A stretch of 24,000 nt of DNA from Acidaminobacter sp. JC074 (GCF_022496765.1 NZ_VANV01000003.1:1-24000), one strand, 5' to 3'. Shown: positions 6,783 through 15,049, numbered from the stretch's first letter. Notes: generated by a model not told the origin, from the sequence alone. Translations and numbers: made by a program.

Positions 6783-7715
6783 ATGTTTGAAGTTTCCATG
6801 TTAAAGCATGAGGACATTTCAAATGATAAAGTCATCCATGCTTTGGATGGAAATAGACTTAAAAGACAACTTACTTTAAAAGATCACTTAGGTAGCTTAG
6901 GTGCAAGGATTGGTTTTAGAGATGATTATATGATCAAACCTGGTCTTTACCAGATCGGTCATCCAGATCCCTCGTCAGATGTTTTGGTTACTTGCAACTA
7001 TAAATTGACCATCGATCTTTTAAGAAAACATTTGAAGAAAGACTACCATATACTCGTTCTTGATACAGATGGTATCAATGTTTGGTGTGCTGCAGGAAAA
7101 GGTAAGTTTGGTACGGCAGAGCTTATATATGCCTTGAATAACTATGGACTTGAAAAGGTCGTCAATCATAAAAAGTTGATTTTGCCTCAGCTTGGCGCGC
7201 CAGGTATGCAAAAACATTTGATTCAAAAGGTAACAGGCTATCAGATTCTCTATGGACCTGTCCGTATCAGTGATATGGATTTCTACACAGAAACTTATCA
7301 AAAGACGGAAAAAATGAAAAGGATAGATTTTGATATAAAAGACAGATTGGTTTTAACACCGCTGGAGTTTATCAAGGGTTTAAAAGTGATTATTCTTGTT
7401 ATACTTTTAAGCTTAACACCCATTATAAATCTAGAACATATCTTGATGACTCTTGTGAGTTTGACTCTTGGAACCATTGTTTTTCCGGCCTTACTGCCAA
7501 TAAGACCTATGAAGATGTTCTACTTAAATGGCATTCTTTTAAGCCTTGTATGTAACTTTGTATTCTTATATCAAAACATGTCTGTCTTTAATCTAGGCTG
7601 GTATCTTTTAATGGCACTTTATACGTCTTACTTGTGTATGAATTTTACAGGATCTACGACTTTTACATCTTTATCGGGGGTAGAAAAGGAAATGGACTCA
7701 GGGTTAAAGTTTTAA
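6783..7715 (+). CDS. hgcA: Mercury methylation corrinoid protein HgcA (as listed; both ends are questionable, see findings)
   Basis: ..PGLYQIGHPDPSSDVLVTCNYKLT...HILVLDTDGINVWCAAGKGKFGTAEL.. contains the HgcA cap-helix motif N(V/I)WCA(A/G)GK (Cys codon 7086-7088). Four hydrophobic helices and ..NFTGSTTFTSLSGVEKEM.. follow. A ferredoxin gene lies immediately downstream. Confidence 0.85.
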   Translation: MFEVSMLKHEDISNDKVIHALDGNRLKRQLTLKDHLGSLGARIGFRDDYMIKPGLYQIGHPDPSSDVLVTCNYKLTIDLLRKHLKKDYHILVLDTDGINVWCAAGKGKFGTAELIYALNNYGLEKVVNHKKLILPQLGAPGMQKHLIQKVTGYQILYGPVRISDMDFYTETYQKTEKMKRIDFDIKDRLVLTPLEFIKGLKVIILVILLSLTPIINLEHILMTLVSLTLGTIVFPALLPIRPMKMFYLNGILLSLVCNFVFLYQNMSVFNLGWYLLMALYTSYLCMNFTGSTTFTSLSGVEKEMDSGLKF

Positions 7716-7764
7716 TTAGAGGCAGTCTTCTTGCTTTACTCATGATGGTGATAGGGGTGATGGT

Positions 7765-8045
7765 ATGATGTATTTAAATGATGTGGTTACCATAAAACTA
7801 GATTCAAGTAAATGTGTTAAATGTGGGGAATGTGTTCAGGTATGTCCAAGAGAAGTTTTTAAGCTATCAAGTGAACTTCAAATAGTAAAAAAAGATGCCT
7901 GTATAGAGTGTGGTGCTTGTCAGATGAACTTCCGACAAAAGCCTTAAGCGTGGATGCTGGAACGGGTTGTGCTATTGCGATCATGGCCAGATACTTTAAA
8001 AATAGCAAATGGCTTAAGCCACTTGCTAATAAGGATTGTTGCTAA
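7765..8045 (+). pseudogene. hgcB: Mercury methylation ferredoxin HgcB, interrupted by a 1-nt deletion
   Basis: Frame 1 (7765-7947): ..CVKCGECVQVCP...CIECGACQMN then FRQKP*. Frame 3 from 7932 continues PTKALSVDAGTGCAIAIM...KDCC* (stop 8043-8045). Restoring one G in AAC-T_T-CCG (7930/7931) gives ..CQMNCPTKAL.., a full 2x[4Fe-4S] HgcB with the C-terminal CC. Confidence 0.8.
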
Positions 8046-8562
8046 ATTCAATTTCATAAATTGGCTCATAAGTCAAAATGTCTTTGACACGATGACTGTG
8101 CATAAGAGCCAAGGATTTGATTTCTAAATCCAGTGGTGGAATCATAAAATCATTGGTTTGAATATCTAATATAACTTGCCGTCCCATAGTAATATGTGGA
8201 TGGTATTTTCTTTTTTCGAAAGGCAGATCATAAACTTCTAGGAGTTTTCTGAGATTCTTTTGAAGCCTTATTAGGTCTGGACTATCTTTTAATCCAAGCC
8301 ATAAGACAGATTTGTTCTTTTTAGGAAATTCACCAACATGATTGCAGACAAGTGGAAATGAATCATGTGACAAGTGGTCCAAAACTTCCTCGTAAACTGC
8401 AAGGTCTGCCTGTTTGATTTCGCCGATAAATTCCAGTGTCAGATGAATATTATCTTTAGTTACAAATTTGCCTTTTAATGCATGGTTGGACAAGCTGTCA
8501 CGATAAAAAGACAGTTTTTCTTTAGTTTTTTCAGTGAATGTAATCGCGTAAAATACTCGCAT
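8026..8562 (-). CDS. thpR: RNA 2',3'-cyclic phosphodiesterase (2H phosphoesterase, LigT/ThpR)
   Basis: Two H-x-T-x motifs (HLTLEFIGE and HITMGR) at the spacing typical of the family. AGGAGGG SD upstream of the ATG. Confidence 0.85.
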   Translation of the reverse strand: MRVFYAITFTEKTKEKLSFYRDSLSNHALKGKFVTKDNIHLTLEFIGEIKQADLAVYEEVLDHLSHDSFPLVCNHVGEFPKKNKSVLWLGLKDSPDLIRLQKNLRKLLEVYDLPFEKRKYHPHITMGRQVILDIQTNDFMIPPLDLEIKSLALMHSHRVKDILTYEPIYEIEFSNNPY

Positions 8563-8608
8563 GTGGCCCTCCTGTACATATTATAGCATTTATTTTTGAA
8601 AAAAAGTA

Positions 8609-8637
8609 TTGACTATTTATGCATGTCTATGTATAAT
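8609..8637 (+). promoter_or_regulatory. Sigma-A promoter of the arg T-box leader
   Basis: TTGACT (8609-8614), 17 nt, TATAAT (8632-8637). Confidence 0.6.
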
Positions 8638-8649
8638 TATTTTCAAAAT

Positions 8650-8925
8650 AAGAAATGCGTCAGATAAAAGGATAATATATGGGATCCAGTCCAGCGAATC
8701 AGGGTATGGTGTGAGCCTGATCAAGTATGAACATATTGAGAACCTTTTAAAGCAGCTTGTAAGAACTTATGTAAGACAAGCCGGAAGTCCACCGTTATAG
8801 GGAATAGGTATCGTTTAGTCCGTACTGAAAAAAGAGAGCTTTTGCTAATTTGGGTGGCACCGCGGTCGTAGGATCGTCCCAAGTATGGGTAAGTTTTGTA
8901 TAAATATCCTAGGGATATTTTTTTA
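8650..8925 (+). promoter_or_regulatory. T-box leader (tRNA-sensing riboswitch), probable Arg (AGA) specifier
   Basis: Stem I: AAAAGG (8666-8671)/CCTTTT (8743-8748) and ATATG (8677-8681)/CATAT (8732-8736). AG bulge AGCGA (8693-8697). Distal stem ATCAGG/CCTGAT with a GGTGTGA loop. T-box motif AATTTGGGTGGCACCGCGG (8848-8865). Antiterminator TTGGG-[TGGCACC]-GCGGTC-GTAG-GATCGT-CCCAA (8850-8882). Imperfect terminator helix about 8876-8887 / 8905-8916, followed by T7 (8918-8924). Confidence 0.85.
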
Positions 8926-8941
8926 GTTTTTGGAGGTAATT

Positions 8942-10204
8942 ATGAAGAAGGTTGTACTTGCATACTCGGGTGGTTTAGACACATCAGTAATTTTAAAGTG
9001 GTTAGAAGTTGAAAAGAATTATGACGTTATTGCTGTTTGTGTAGATGTTGGTCAAAAGGACAATTATGAAGACGTCGCTAAAAAAGCACTTCAAGTAGGT
9101 GCTAAGAAAGTTTATATTGTTGATGCAAAAGAAGCTTTTGTTGAAAATTATGTATTTAAAGGATTAAAGGCTGGGGCCGTTTATGAGTCAAAGTATTTAT
9201 TAGGTACAGCTTATGCTAGACCCTTAATTGCCAAGCAGCTGGTGGAGATTGCCAAAAAAGAAGGTGCTGTTGCTATTTCACATGGGGCAACTGGTAAAGG
9301 GAATGACCAGGTAAGATTTGAGGCTGGTATCATGGCCTTGGCGCCTAAAATAAAAGTCATTGCACCTTGGAGAGAGTGGGATTTAAAATCACGTGAAGAT
9401 TGTATTGCCTATGCAAAAAAATACAATATCCCTTTAACAGTAACTAAGAAGAACATCTATTCAAGAGATGAAAACTTATACCATATCAGTCATGAAGGTG
9501 GTGAGCTTGAGTATCCAGATCAAGAGCATCAAGAAGGTGTTTACAAGTGGGTTTCGCCCATGTCAAAGACACCTGATATTCCTGAGAATATCACCATTGA
9601 CTTTGAAGGGGGTATTCCTGTAAGCGTTAATGGGGAAAAAATGGATCCAGTTCAGCTATTAGGTCATTTGAATAAACTAGGTTCTACCCATAAGGTAGGC
9701 GTTATTGACATCGTTGAGAACAGACTGGTAGGTATGAAGTCTCGTGGTGTATATGAAACACCAGGTGGCACCATCTTACACGAAGCCCACCAAGCCTTAG
9801 AGTCTTTGGTATTAGATAGAGCAACACTTAAGATGAAAAAATCTCTGGCAATCAATTATGCTGATTTGGTTTATGATGGTCTTTGGTTTTCGCCACTCAA
9901 AGATGCCTTAGATGCATTTGTTGATACAACACAAGAAGTGGTAACAGGTCAAGTGGTTTTAACACTTTTCAAAGGCCAAGTAACAGCAGCTTCTATGACA
10001 TCGCCATACTCACTCTATGATGAAGAGTTTGTAACCTTTGGTGAAGACAATGTCTACAAGCAAAATCATGCAGAAGGCTTTATCCAGCTTTTCACATTGC
10101 CACTTAAGATGAAGCATTTGAAACAAGAAGTTAAGACAACAGAAGATGTTTGTCATATGATAGTTAGTGAGGGTACTTATGAAAGCATGGCAGGGACGAT
10201 TTAG
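8942..10204 (+). CDS. argG: Argininosuccinate synthase
   Basis: [15 protein letters not shown].. (N-type ATP-PPase motif), ..[16 protein letters not shown].., ..[19 protein letters not shown]... Start set at ATG 8942 with GGAGG at 8932-8936. The listed TTG start at 8930 lies within the SD. Confidence 0.95.
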   Translation: MKKVVLAYSGGLDTSVILKWLEVEKNYDVIAVCVDVGQKDNYEDVAKKALQVGAKKVYIVDAKEAFVENYVFKGLKAGAVYESKYLLGTAYARPLIAKQLVEIAKKEGAVAISHGATGKGNDQVRFEAGIMALAPKIKVIAPWREWDLKSREDCIAYAKKYNIPLTVTKKNIYSRDENLYHISHEGGELEYPDQEHQEGVYKWVSPMSKTPDIPENITIDFEGGIPVSVNGEKMDPVQLLGHLNKLGSTHKVGVIDIVENRLVGMKSRGVYETPGGTILHEAHQALESLVLDRATLKMKKSLAINYADLVYDGLWFSPLKDALDAFVDTTQEVVTGQVVLTLFKGQVTAASMTSPYSLYDEEFVTFGEDNVYKQNHAEGFIQLFTLPLKMKHLKQEVKTTEDVCHMIVSEGTYESMAGTI

Positions 10205-11555
10205 TGAAGCGACACATGAGCTGATGGAGAAATTTAATGCATCCATTGTTTTTGATAAAAGACTTTATAAGGTGGATATAAAGGGGACCATAGCCCATGT
10301 AAAGATGTTATCTTCTATAGGTGTCCTTACTCCTAAGGAAAAAGACACGCTTGTAAAAGGACTAGAAGTATTATTAAAAGACATAGAAGCAGGTCAAGTA
10401 GAGTTTTCTTTAGCTGATGAAGACATTCATATGGGGATTGAAAGAGTGCTGACAGAAAGGCTTGGTCCCGTTGCAAAGAAGATGCATACTGGAAGAAGTC
10501 GTAATGATCAAGTTGCGACAGACATCAGACTTTATGTCAAAGATGCCATATTAGACATTCAGGTATTACTGATGGAAACCATGACGACCTTGTTAAAACT
10601 GTCAAGTGAACATGCCTTTTATATGATGCCTGGCTATACCCATCTTCAAAAGGCACAGCCGATTTATCTTTCTTATCATCTAAATGCCTATATCCACATG
10701 TTTAAAAGGGATTATGAACGTTTGGAAGATGTTTTAAAAAGAACCGATGTTTTACCACTCGGTTCTGGCGCCTTAGCTGGTGTGAACTATGATTCAGACA
10801 GAGAACTTGTTGCAGAAATCTTAAATTTTACAGCGATATCATCTAATGGTCTTGACGCGGTAAGTGACCGAGATTTTATCATAGAATTTCAATCAGCGCT
10901 TTCACTGATTATGATGCATTTAAGTCGTTTATCTGAGGAACTCATTATGTGGCAAACAGAACAGTTTTCCTATATTACAATAGGTGATGCATTTACAACA
11001 GGCTCAAGTCTGATGCCGCAAAAGAAAAATCCAGACGCCTGTGAACTGATCAGAGGTAAGACAGGCAGGGTATTTGGTTCTTTGATGAATATCTTAACAG
11101 TTATGAAATCACTGCCTCTTGCCTATAACAAGGATATGCAAGAAGATAAGGAAGGTTTGTTTGACTCAGTAGATACAGTAGGCATGATCCTGTCACTCTT
11201 ATCACCTATGCTTGAATCTGTAGTTTTTCATGAAGACAAGATGAAAAAGGATGTATATAATTCTTTTCTAAATGCCACTGAACTTGCTGATTATTTGGTA
11301 TCTAAAGATTTTCCTTTCAGAGAGGCGCATCATCTAACAGGGGAGCTTGTAAAGTACTGTATTGATAATGACATCTACCTTTTGGATCTGCCACTTGATG
11401 TTTACAGATCTTATACACCTCTTATAGATGCGTCTGTATATGATGCATTAGACTTTGAAAACGCCATAGAAAATAAGTTGAGCTACGGGTCTACATCGAA
11501 AAAATCTATAGAAGCGGACTTTGAGATTATAAAAGGATTTTTAGAGTCTTTGTAA
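10179..11555 (+). CDS. argH: Argininosuccinate lyase
   Basis: [10 protein letters not shown]...FNASIVFD.., ..[12 protein letters not shown].., ..[12 protein letters not shown].. (fumarate-lyase signature). Start set at ATG 10179 (GAGGG SD); 26-nt overlap with argG. Confidence 0.95.
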   Translation: MKAWQGRFSEATHELMEKFNASIVFDKRLYKVDIKGTIAHVKMLSSIGVLTPKEKDTLVKGLEVLLKDIEAGQVEFSLADEDIHMGIERVLTERLGPVAKKMHTGRSRNDQVATDIRLYVKDAILDIQVLLMETMTTLLKLSSEHAFYMMPGYTHLQKAQPIYLSYHLNAYIHMFKRDYERLEDVLKRTDVLPLGSGALAGVNYDSDRELVAEILNFTAISSNGLDAVSDRDFIIEFQSALSLIMMHLSRLSEELIMWQTEQFSYITIGDAFTTGSSLMPQKKNPDACELIRGKTGRVFGSLMNILTVMKSLPLAYNKDMQEDKEGLFDSVDTVGMILSLLSPMLESVVFHEDKMKKDVYNSFLNATELADYLVSKDFPFREAHHLTGELVKYCIDNDIYLLDLPLDVYRSYTPLIDASVYDALDFENAIENKLSYGSTSKKSIEADFEIIKGFLESL

Positions 11556-11592
11556 ATCTTCATTTTCATTATATAATGGATTTGGAGGCTAT

Positions 11593-12243
11593 ATGAAAAC
11601 AGTGGGGTTATTGGGTAGCAGGAATTATAAGAAGGCTACCATGTATTTAGAAGCGATCAATCAAAAGCTAAAGACGCATTTTAGAGAAAAAAGAACAGCT
11701 AAAGTCGTCTTAAATACCATCGATGTTTCTGAAATCAGTAGGGATAAGGTGATCTACTCAAAAGAGTTGATCTATTATTCAACTGTTTTAAGAGAGGCCG
11801 GTGCACATATTCTCGTTCTATGTGATGATCTAGACCATGAGTATGCCAAGTCTATAAGAAGAAACATCAATATGCCGCTCGTTCACATAGGAGAAGCGGT
11901 TGGTGAAAGACTGAAATCTGATAATATTAAGAAGGCACTTTTGATTGGTTCAAGAGAAATCATGCAGGCAGACTTTTTTATCGCTGCCATGAACAGGTCT
12001 GGTGTGACAGTTCATCTACCACCTATGAAGGTCATCAATGAAATTCATGAGATGATTGAAAAGAAAGAGGATCCCATTAAGCTTATCAGCATGATAGAGT
12101 CTTTTAGAATGAAGGGAGTCTCTGGTGTTGTATTGACAGAAGATGTTGGCATAGACCCCAGTGATTTAAGTATCAATGTTTACAATAGTTTTGATATCCA
12201 TGTAGATAAAATCGTTAATGAAATAATGAAAGGTATCATTTAA
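11593..12243 (+). CDS. Asp/Glu racemase-family protein, divergent (catalytic motifs degenerate)
   Basis: MKTVGLLG....AT N-terminus. ..GAHILVLCDDLDH.. aligns to ..PCNTAH.. and ..GVSGVVLTED.. aligns to ..GCTE.. of aspartate racemases. The second catalytic Cys and the GGMG motif are absent. GGAGG SD. Confidence 0.5.
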   Translation: MKTVGLLGSRNYKKATMYLEAINQKLKTHFREKRTAKVVLNTIDVSEISRDKVIYSKELIYYSTVLREAGAHILVLCDDLDHEYAKSIRRNINMPLVHIGEAVGERLKSDNIKKALLIGSREIMQADFFIAAMNRSGVTVHLPPMKVINEIHEMIEKKEDPIKLISMIESFRMKGVSGVVLTEDVGIDPSDLSINVYNSFDIHVDKIVNEIMKGII

Positions 12244-12245
12244 GA

Positions 12246-12275
12246 AAGGTAATTCACTATTTGGTGAATTACCTT
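12246..12275. terminator. Bidirectional terminator between the arg operon and the chemoreceptor gene
   Basis: 12-bp stem AAGGTAATTCAC (12246-12257), TATTTG loop, GTGAATTACCTT (12264-12275), followed by CTTTTTT on plus. Confidence 0.8.
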
Positions 12276-12280
12276 CTTTT

Positions 12281-14314
12281 TTAAACTTTGAATTTGTTCA
12301 TTTCGTTTTGAAGAACTTCTGCCATAGAGTTTAGTTCTTCCATGCTAGCTGTAATTTCTTCAATTGAAGCAGATTGCATCTGGATATTGGTAGTGATTTC
12401 ACCAATGGCGCCAGCACCTTCCATAGAAGAATGTGTAATAGAATCCATCGCATGAGAAATATCTTGTGTAACAGCTGTTTGATTATTGATCATACCAGTC
12501 ATGTTGTCGATATTTTCTACAACATTTGAAACCAGTGAAACTATATTACTCATTTCTTTATCTGTATTTTCTATGTTTTGTACACTTACCTTAACCTGTT
12601 CTTTTTCATTGGCAACTGATTTGAGTGCTTGGTTGGACTGTGTCACGATTTCGTCTATAAGTTGCGTGATGCTTTGTGCAGAGGTTCTACTTTCTTCTGC
12701 AAGTTTTCTGACCTCTTCGGCAACAACAGCGAAACCTTTACCATGTTCTCCAGCCCGTGCAGCTTCAATTGCAGCATTTAAGGCCAGCAGATTTACTTGC
12801 TCAGAAATGTTGGTAATTATATCAACGATTTCGCCGATTCTGTCGGTAGACTGGCTTAAAGAGCCCATTACATTTTCCATCTCATTTGATAATGATTGTA
12901 CAACTTCTACACTCTCTTTGGCTTTCAGTAGAGCAGAGGTCCCTTGTTGAGTAGCTGTTAGAACTTCAGCACTATTTTTAGCAACTTCTTCAGCTTTTTC
13001 TGCCATAACCATTGAGTTGCTAGCAATTTCTTCTACAGATGCATTGGTTTCTTTTGTAGTACTTGCATTACTTGTGATGCTTTCATTGATTTCGCTTGCA
13101 CTGTGATTGATGTTTTCTAATGACTTAGAACTTTCGTCCATTGTAGCAGATATTTCAGTTACAGAGGTAGATAAGCTCAGTGCATTATCTGAAACATCTT
13201 TGATGATGATTCTCAGTTTTCCAACAAATACATTGAAGAGTTTACTCATTTCTCCAAATTCATCTTTAGTATCTACTTGAAGTTCTTTAGTCAGATCGCC
13301 TTCACCTTCTGATATATCCTTAAGCATCAAGTTAATGAGTTTGATTGGCTTTACGATTAATCGAATAATGACGAAGGTCATAATTAAGACTATGATAATA
13401 GCTGCGACTAAGATGCCAAATACAATTAATCTTAGATTTTCAACTGGTACCATGGCTTCTGCCACATCCACTTCAATAACAAGTCCTAAGTGTTTATCAC
13501 CGATTTCAACAATACCTAGTGCACCCAATACAGGATTATCTAGATAATCAAGGTATGTGCCTACATTTCTGTATTCATAGTCTTTGTCTTTTAAAGCCTG
13601 TGCGAGTCCGCGTGTACCTTCTGAGTCAACGGATTCAATTAGTGAAGCGTCTTTAATGAAATCACCCAGTAAAGTCTCAGAATATAAGAGTTTGTCTTCA
13701 TTCACCAGGTATGAGTCACCTGATTCTCCTAAAGATTTAACACCAGTATGGACTAGACTGTTAATAACTTCTTGGCTTATGACAATGACAAGAGTTCCAT
13801 CTACCGTACCATTATTCTTTATTGGATAGGCAAAGGCCATTACATTGGTATCCACTAGCCCTGAATAAAACAAGTCGGACCATGTTGGTGTACCTTTTAA
13901 TGCTGGGATCATATAGTCTCTTGTGCTGAGGTCGGCTCCCAGTAGCTGTTGGTCATCTGATAATATGATGATACCGTCTTTGTTCGTCACACTTAGAAAT
14001 GAGTAGCCATAAGAATCGCGTATCTGTTGCATAAATTCCATATCTACAGTAGTCGCAGAATAATTGGGATTGTTAACAGCGTTTCGAAGATTTCTTGATG
14101 CTGTTATTACTTCAGCATCGCCATTTCTTTCGATAAAGTAATTGTTGATTTTGATGATGGTGTTTTCTAGATAAACACCATTACCGCGGTATATGGAAGC
14201 TTCTAGTGAATCCGCAGATCGGAAGTAGGTGATGGCTGCTAAGACAATTAGAGGAATAATACCTACAAGTATAGCAAAGCTGATGAGTTTTGCCCTAAAG
14301 GGAAGTTTGTTCAT
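12281..14314 (-). CDS. Methyl-accepting chemotaxis protein with a periplasmic dCache-type sensor, HAMP and MA domains
   Basis: N-terminal TM, ~270-aa extracellular domain, second TM, HAMP (..[23 protein letters not shown]..). Conserved signalling hairpin ..[38 protein letters not shown]... Start set at ATG 14312-14314 (MNKLPF..) with AAGGAG SD. Confidence 0.93.
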   Translation of the reverse strand: MNKLPFRAKLISFAILVGIIPLIVLAAITYFRSADSLEASIYRGNGVYLENTIIKINNYFIERNGDAEVITASRNLRNAVNNPNYSATTVDMEFMQQIRDSYGYSFLSVTNKDGIIILSDDQQLLGADLSTRDYMIPALKGTPTWSDLFYSGLVDTNVMAFAYPIKNNGTVDGTLVIVISQEVINSLVHTGVKSLGESGDSYLVNEDKLLYSETLLGDFIKDASLIESVDSEGTRGLAQALKDKDYEYRNVGTYLDYLDNPVLGALGIVEIGDKHLGLVIEVDVAEAMVPVENLRLIVFGILVAAIIIVLIMTFVIIRLIVKPIKLINLMLKDISEGEGDLTKELQVDTKDEFGEMSKLFNVFVGKLRIIIKDVSDNALSLSTSVTEISATMDESSKSLENINHSASEINESITSNASTTKETNASVEEIASNSMVMAEKAEEVAKNSAEVLTATQQGTSALLKAKESVEVVQSLSNEMENVMGSLSQSTDRIGEIVDIITNISEQVNLLALNAAIEAARAGEHGKGFAVVAEEVRKLAEESRTSAQSITQLIDEIVTQSNQALKSVANEKEQVKVSVQNIENTDKEMSNIVSLVSNVVENIDNMTGMINNQTAVTQDISHAMDSITHSSMEGAGAIGEITTNIQMQSASIEEITASMEELNSMAEVLQNEMNKFKV

Positions 14315-14490
14315 AATTATGTCTCCTTTTCTATATTGAATGTTGGAGTACAAATCTTGCTGAGTTTTATATTAGATAATTTTCGATATACTTGCTTATA
14401 CCCAATTAAAAAGAAAATAACTGTTAAAGTATCATGTAAGCAACTTTTTAGATTTCAATATAGAGATTAATCAGGACGGCTAATTAAAAT

Positions 14491-14519
14491 TTGACACTAG
14501 AACGTATGTTTGGTATAGT
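14491..14519 (+). promoter_or_regulatory. Sigma-A promoter (extended -10) of the PNPOx-like gene
   Basis: TTGACA (14491-14496), 17 nt, TGgTATAGT (14511-14519). Confidence 0.6.
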
Positions 14520-14556
14520 GGAATAGGGTAGTAATTTAATATAGTGGGAGGAAAAT

Positions 14557-15030
14557 ATGGACAAGTATTTAGAAGGTTTAGAAATGATTGAAGCATCATG
14601 TGGTAATGGTAAAGACAATATAATTGCACTTGCGACTATTGCTATCGAAGACAGTTCAAACGGTAATCCAAGACCATTTGTACGTGAAGTAGACGCATAT
14701 TATGAAGATGGCGTATTTTATGTAACGACTTGGGGAAAGTCTAATAAAATCATGCAGGTTGAACACAATGAGGAAGTTGCATTTGTGGTTTGTCAGGAAG
14801 GTATTTCAGGTTCGGGTATTGGTAAGAATTTAGGATGGGTCATGGATCCTAAAAATGCAGAATTAAGATTAAAGCTTAGAAAAGCCTTTGCCAATTGGTA
14901 TGACCATGCCAATAATGAAGAAGATGAAAACTGTGTTATTATGGCCATTGAAATGACAAGAGGAGCCATTTTTAGAGATGAAGGTAAAATTGTTTATAAT
15001 TTAGATTTCATCAACAAGAGAGCTTTGTAA
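14557..15030 (+). CDS. Pyridoxamine 5'-phosphate oxidase-like (FMN-binding split-barrel) family protein
   Basis: The size (157 aa) and the pattern ..IIALATIA...PRPFVREVDAYYEDGVFYVTT...K..Q....EVAFVV.. resemble the general-stress-protein-26/PNPOx superfamily. GGGAGG SD. Confidence 0.55.
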   Translation: MDKYLEGLEMIEASCGNGKDNIIALATIAIEDSSNGNPRPFVREVDAYYEDGVFYVTTWGKSNKIMQVEHNEEVAFVVCQEGISGSGIGKNLGWVMDPKNAELRLKLRKAFANWYDHANNEEDENCVIMAIEMTRGAIFRDEGKIVYNLDFINKRAL

Positions 15031-15049
15031 TTTATGATTGTAAATAGAA

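Noticed and set aside
4355-8045. ABC exporter and hgcAB as a single operon or system
   Set aside because: A 12-bp hairpin terminator (6632-6658) and a near-consensus promoter (6665-6693) separate them. The link is kept only as a low-interest speculative finding.
8732-8734. CAU (His) as the T-box specifier, from the tempting GAA-CAU-A pattern at 8729-8735
   Set aside because: CAT at 8732-8734 is base-paired in the ATATG/CATAT helix of Stem I. The antiterminator bulge UGGC also predicts discriminator G, whereas bacterial tRNA-His has C73. AGA at 8739-8741 fits the specifier geometry and the downstream arg genes.
8609-8800. 63-aa ORF in the track upstream of argG
   Set aside because: It lies entirely within the T-box leader (promoter, Stem I, specifier region). 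It has no SD and starts inside the -35 element. It is an artefact of open frame in a structured RNA.
8902-8920. Local hairpin AAATATCC-TAG-GGATATTT as the T-box terminator
   Set aside because: It does not overlap the antiterminator, so it cannot give the usual mutually exclusive switch. The imperfect helix about 8876-8887 / 8905-8916 does overlap. I cannot compute folding energies, so this remains unresolved rather than disproved.
12486-13829. Plus-strand ORFs 12486-12950, 13335-13547 and 13584-13829, rich in Ser/Thr/Ala
   Set aside because: These are antisense shadow ORFs of the chemoreceptor gene. Low-complexity translations are typical of the reverse strand of MA and coiled-coil regions, and they have no SD.
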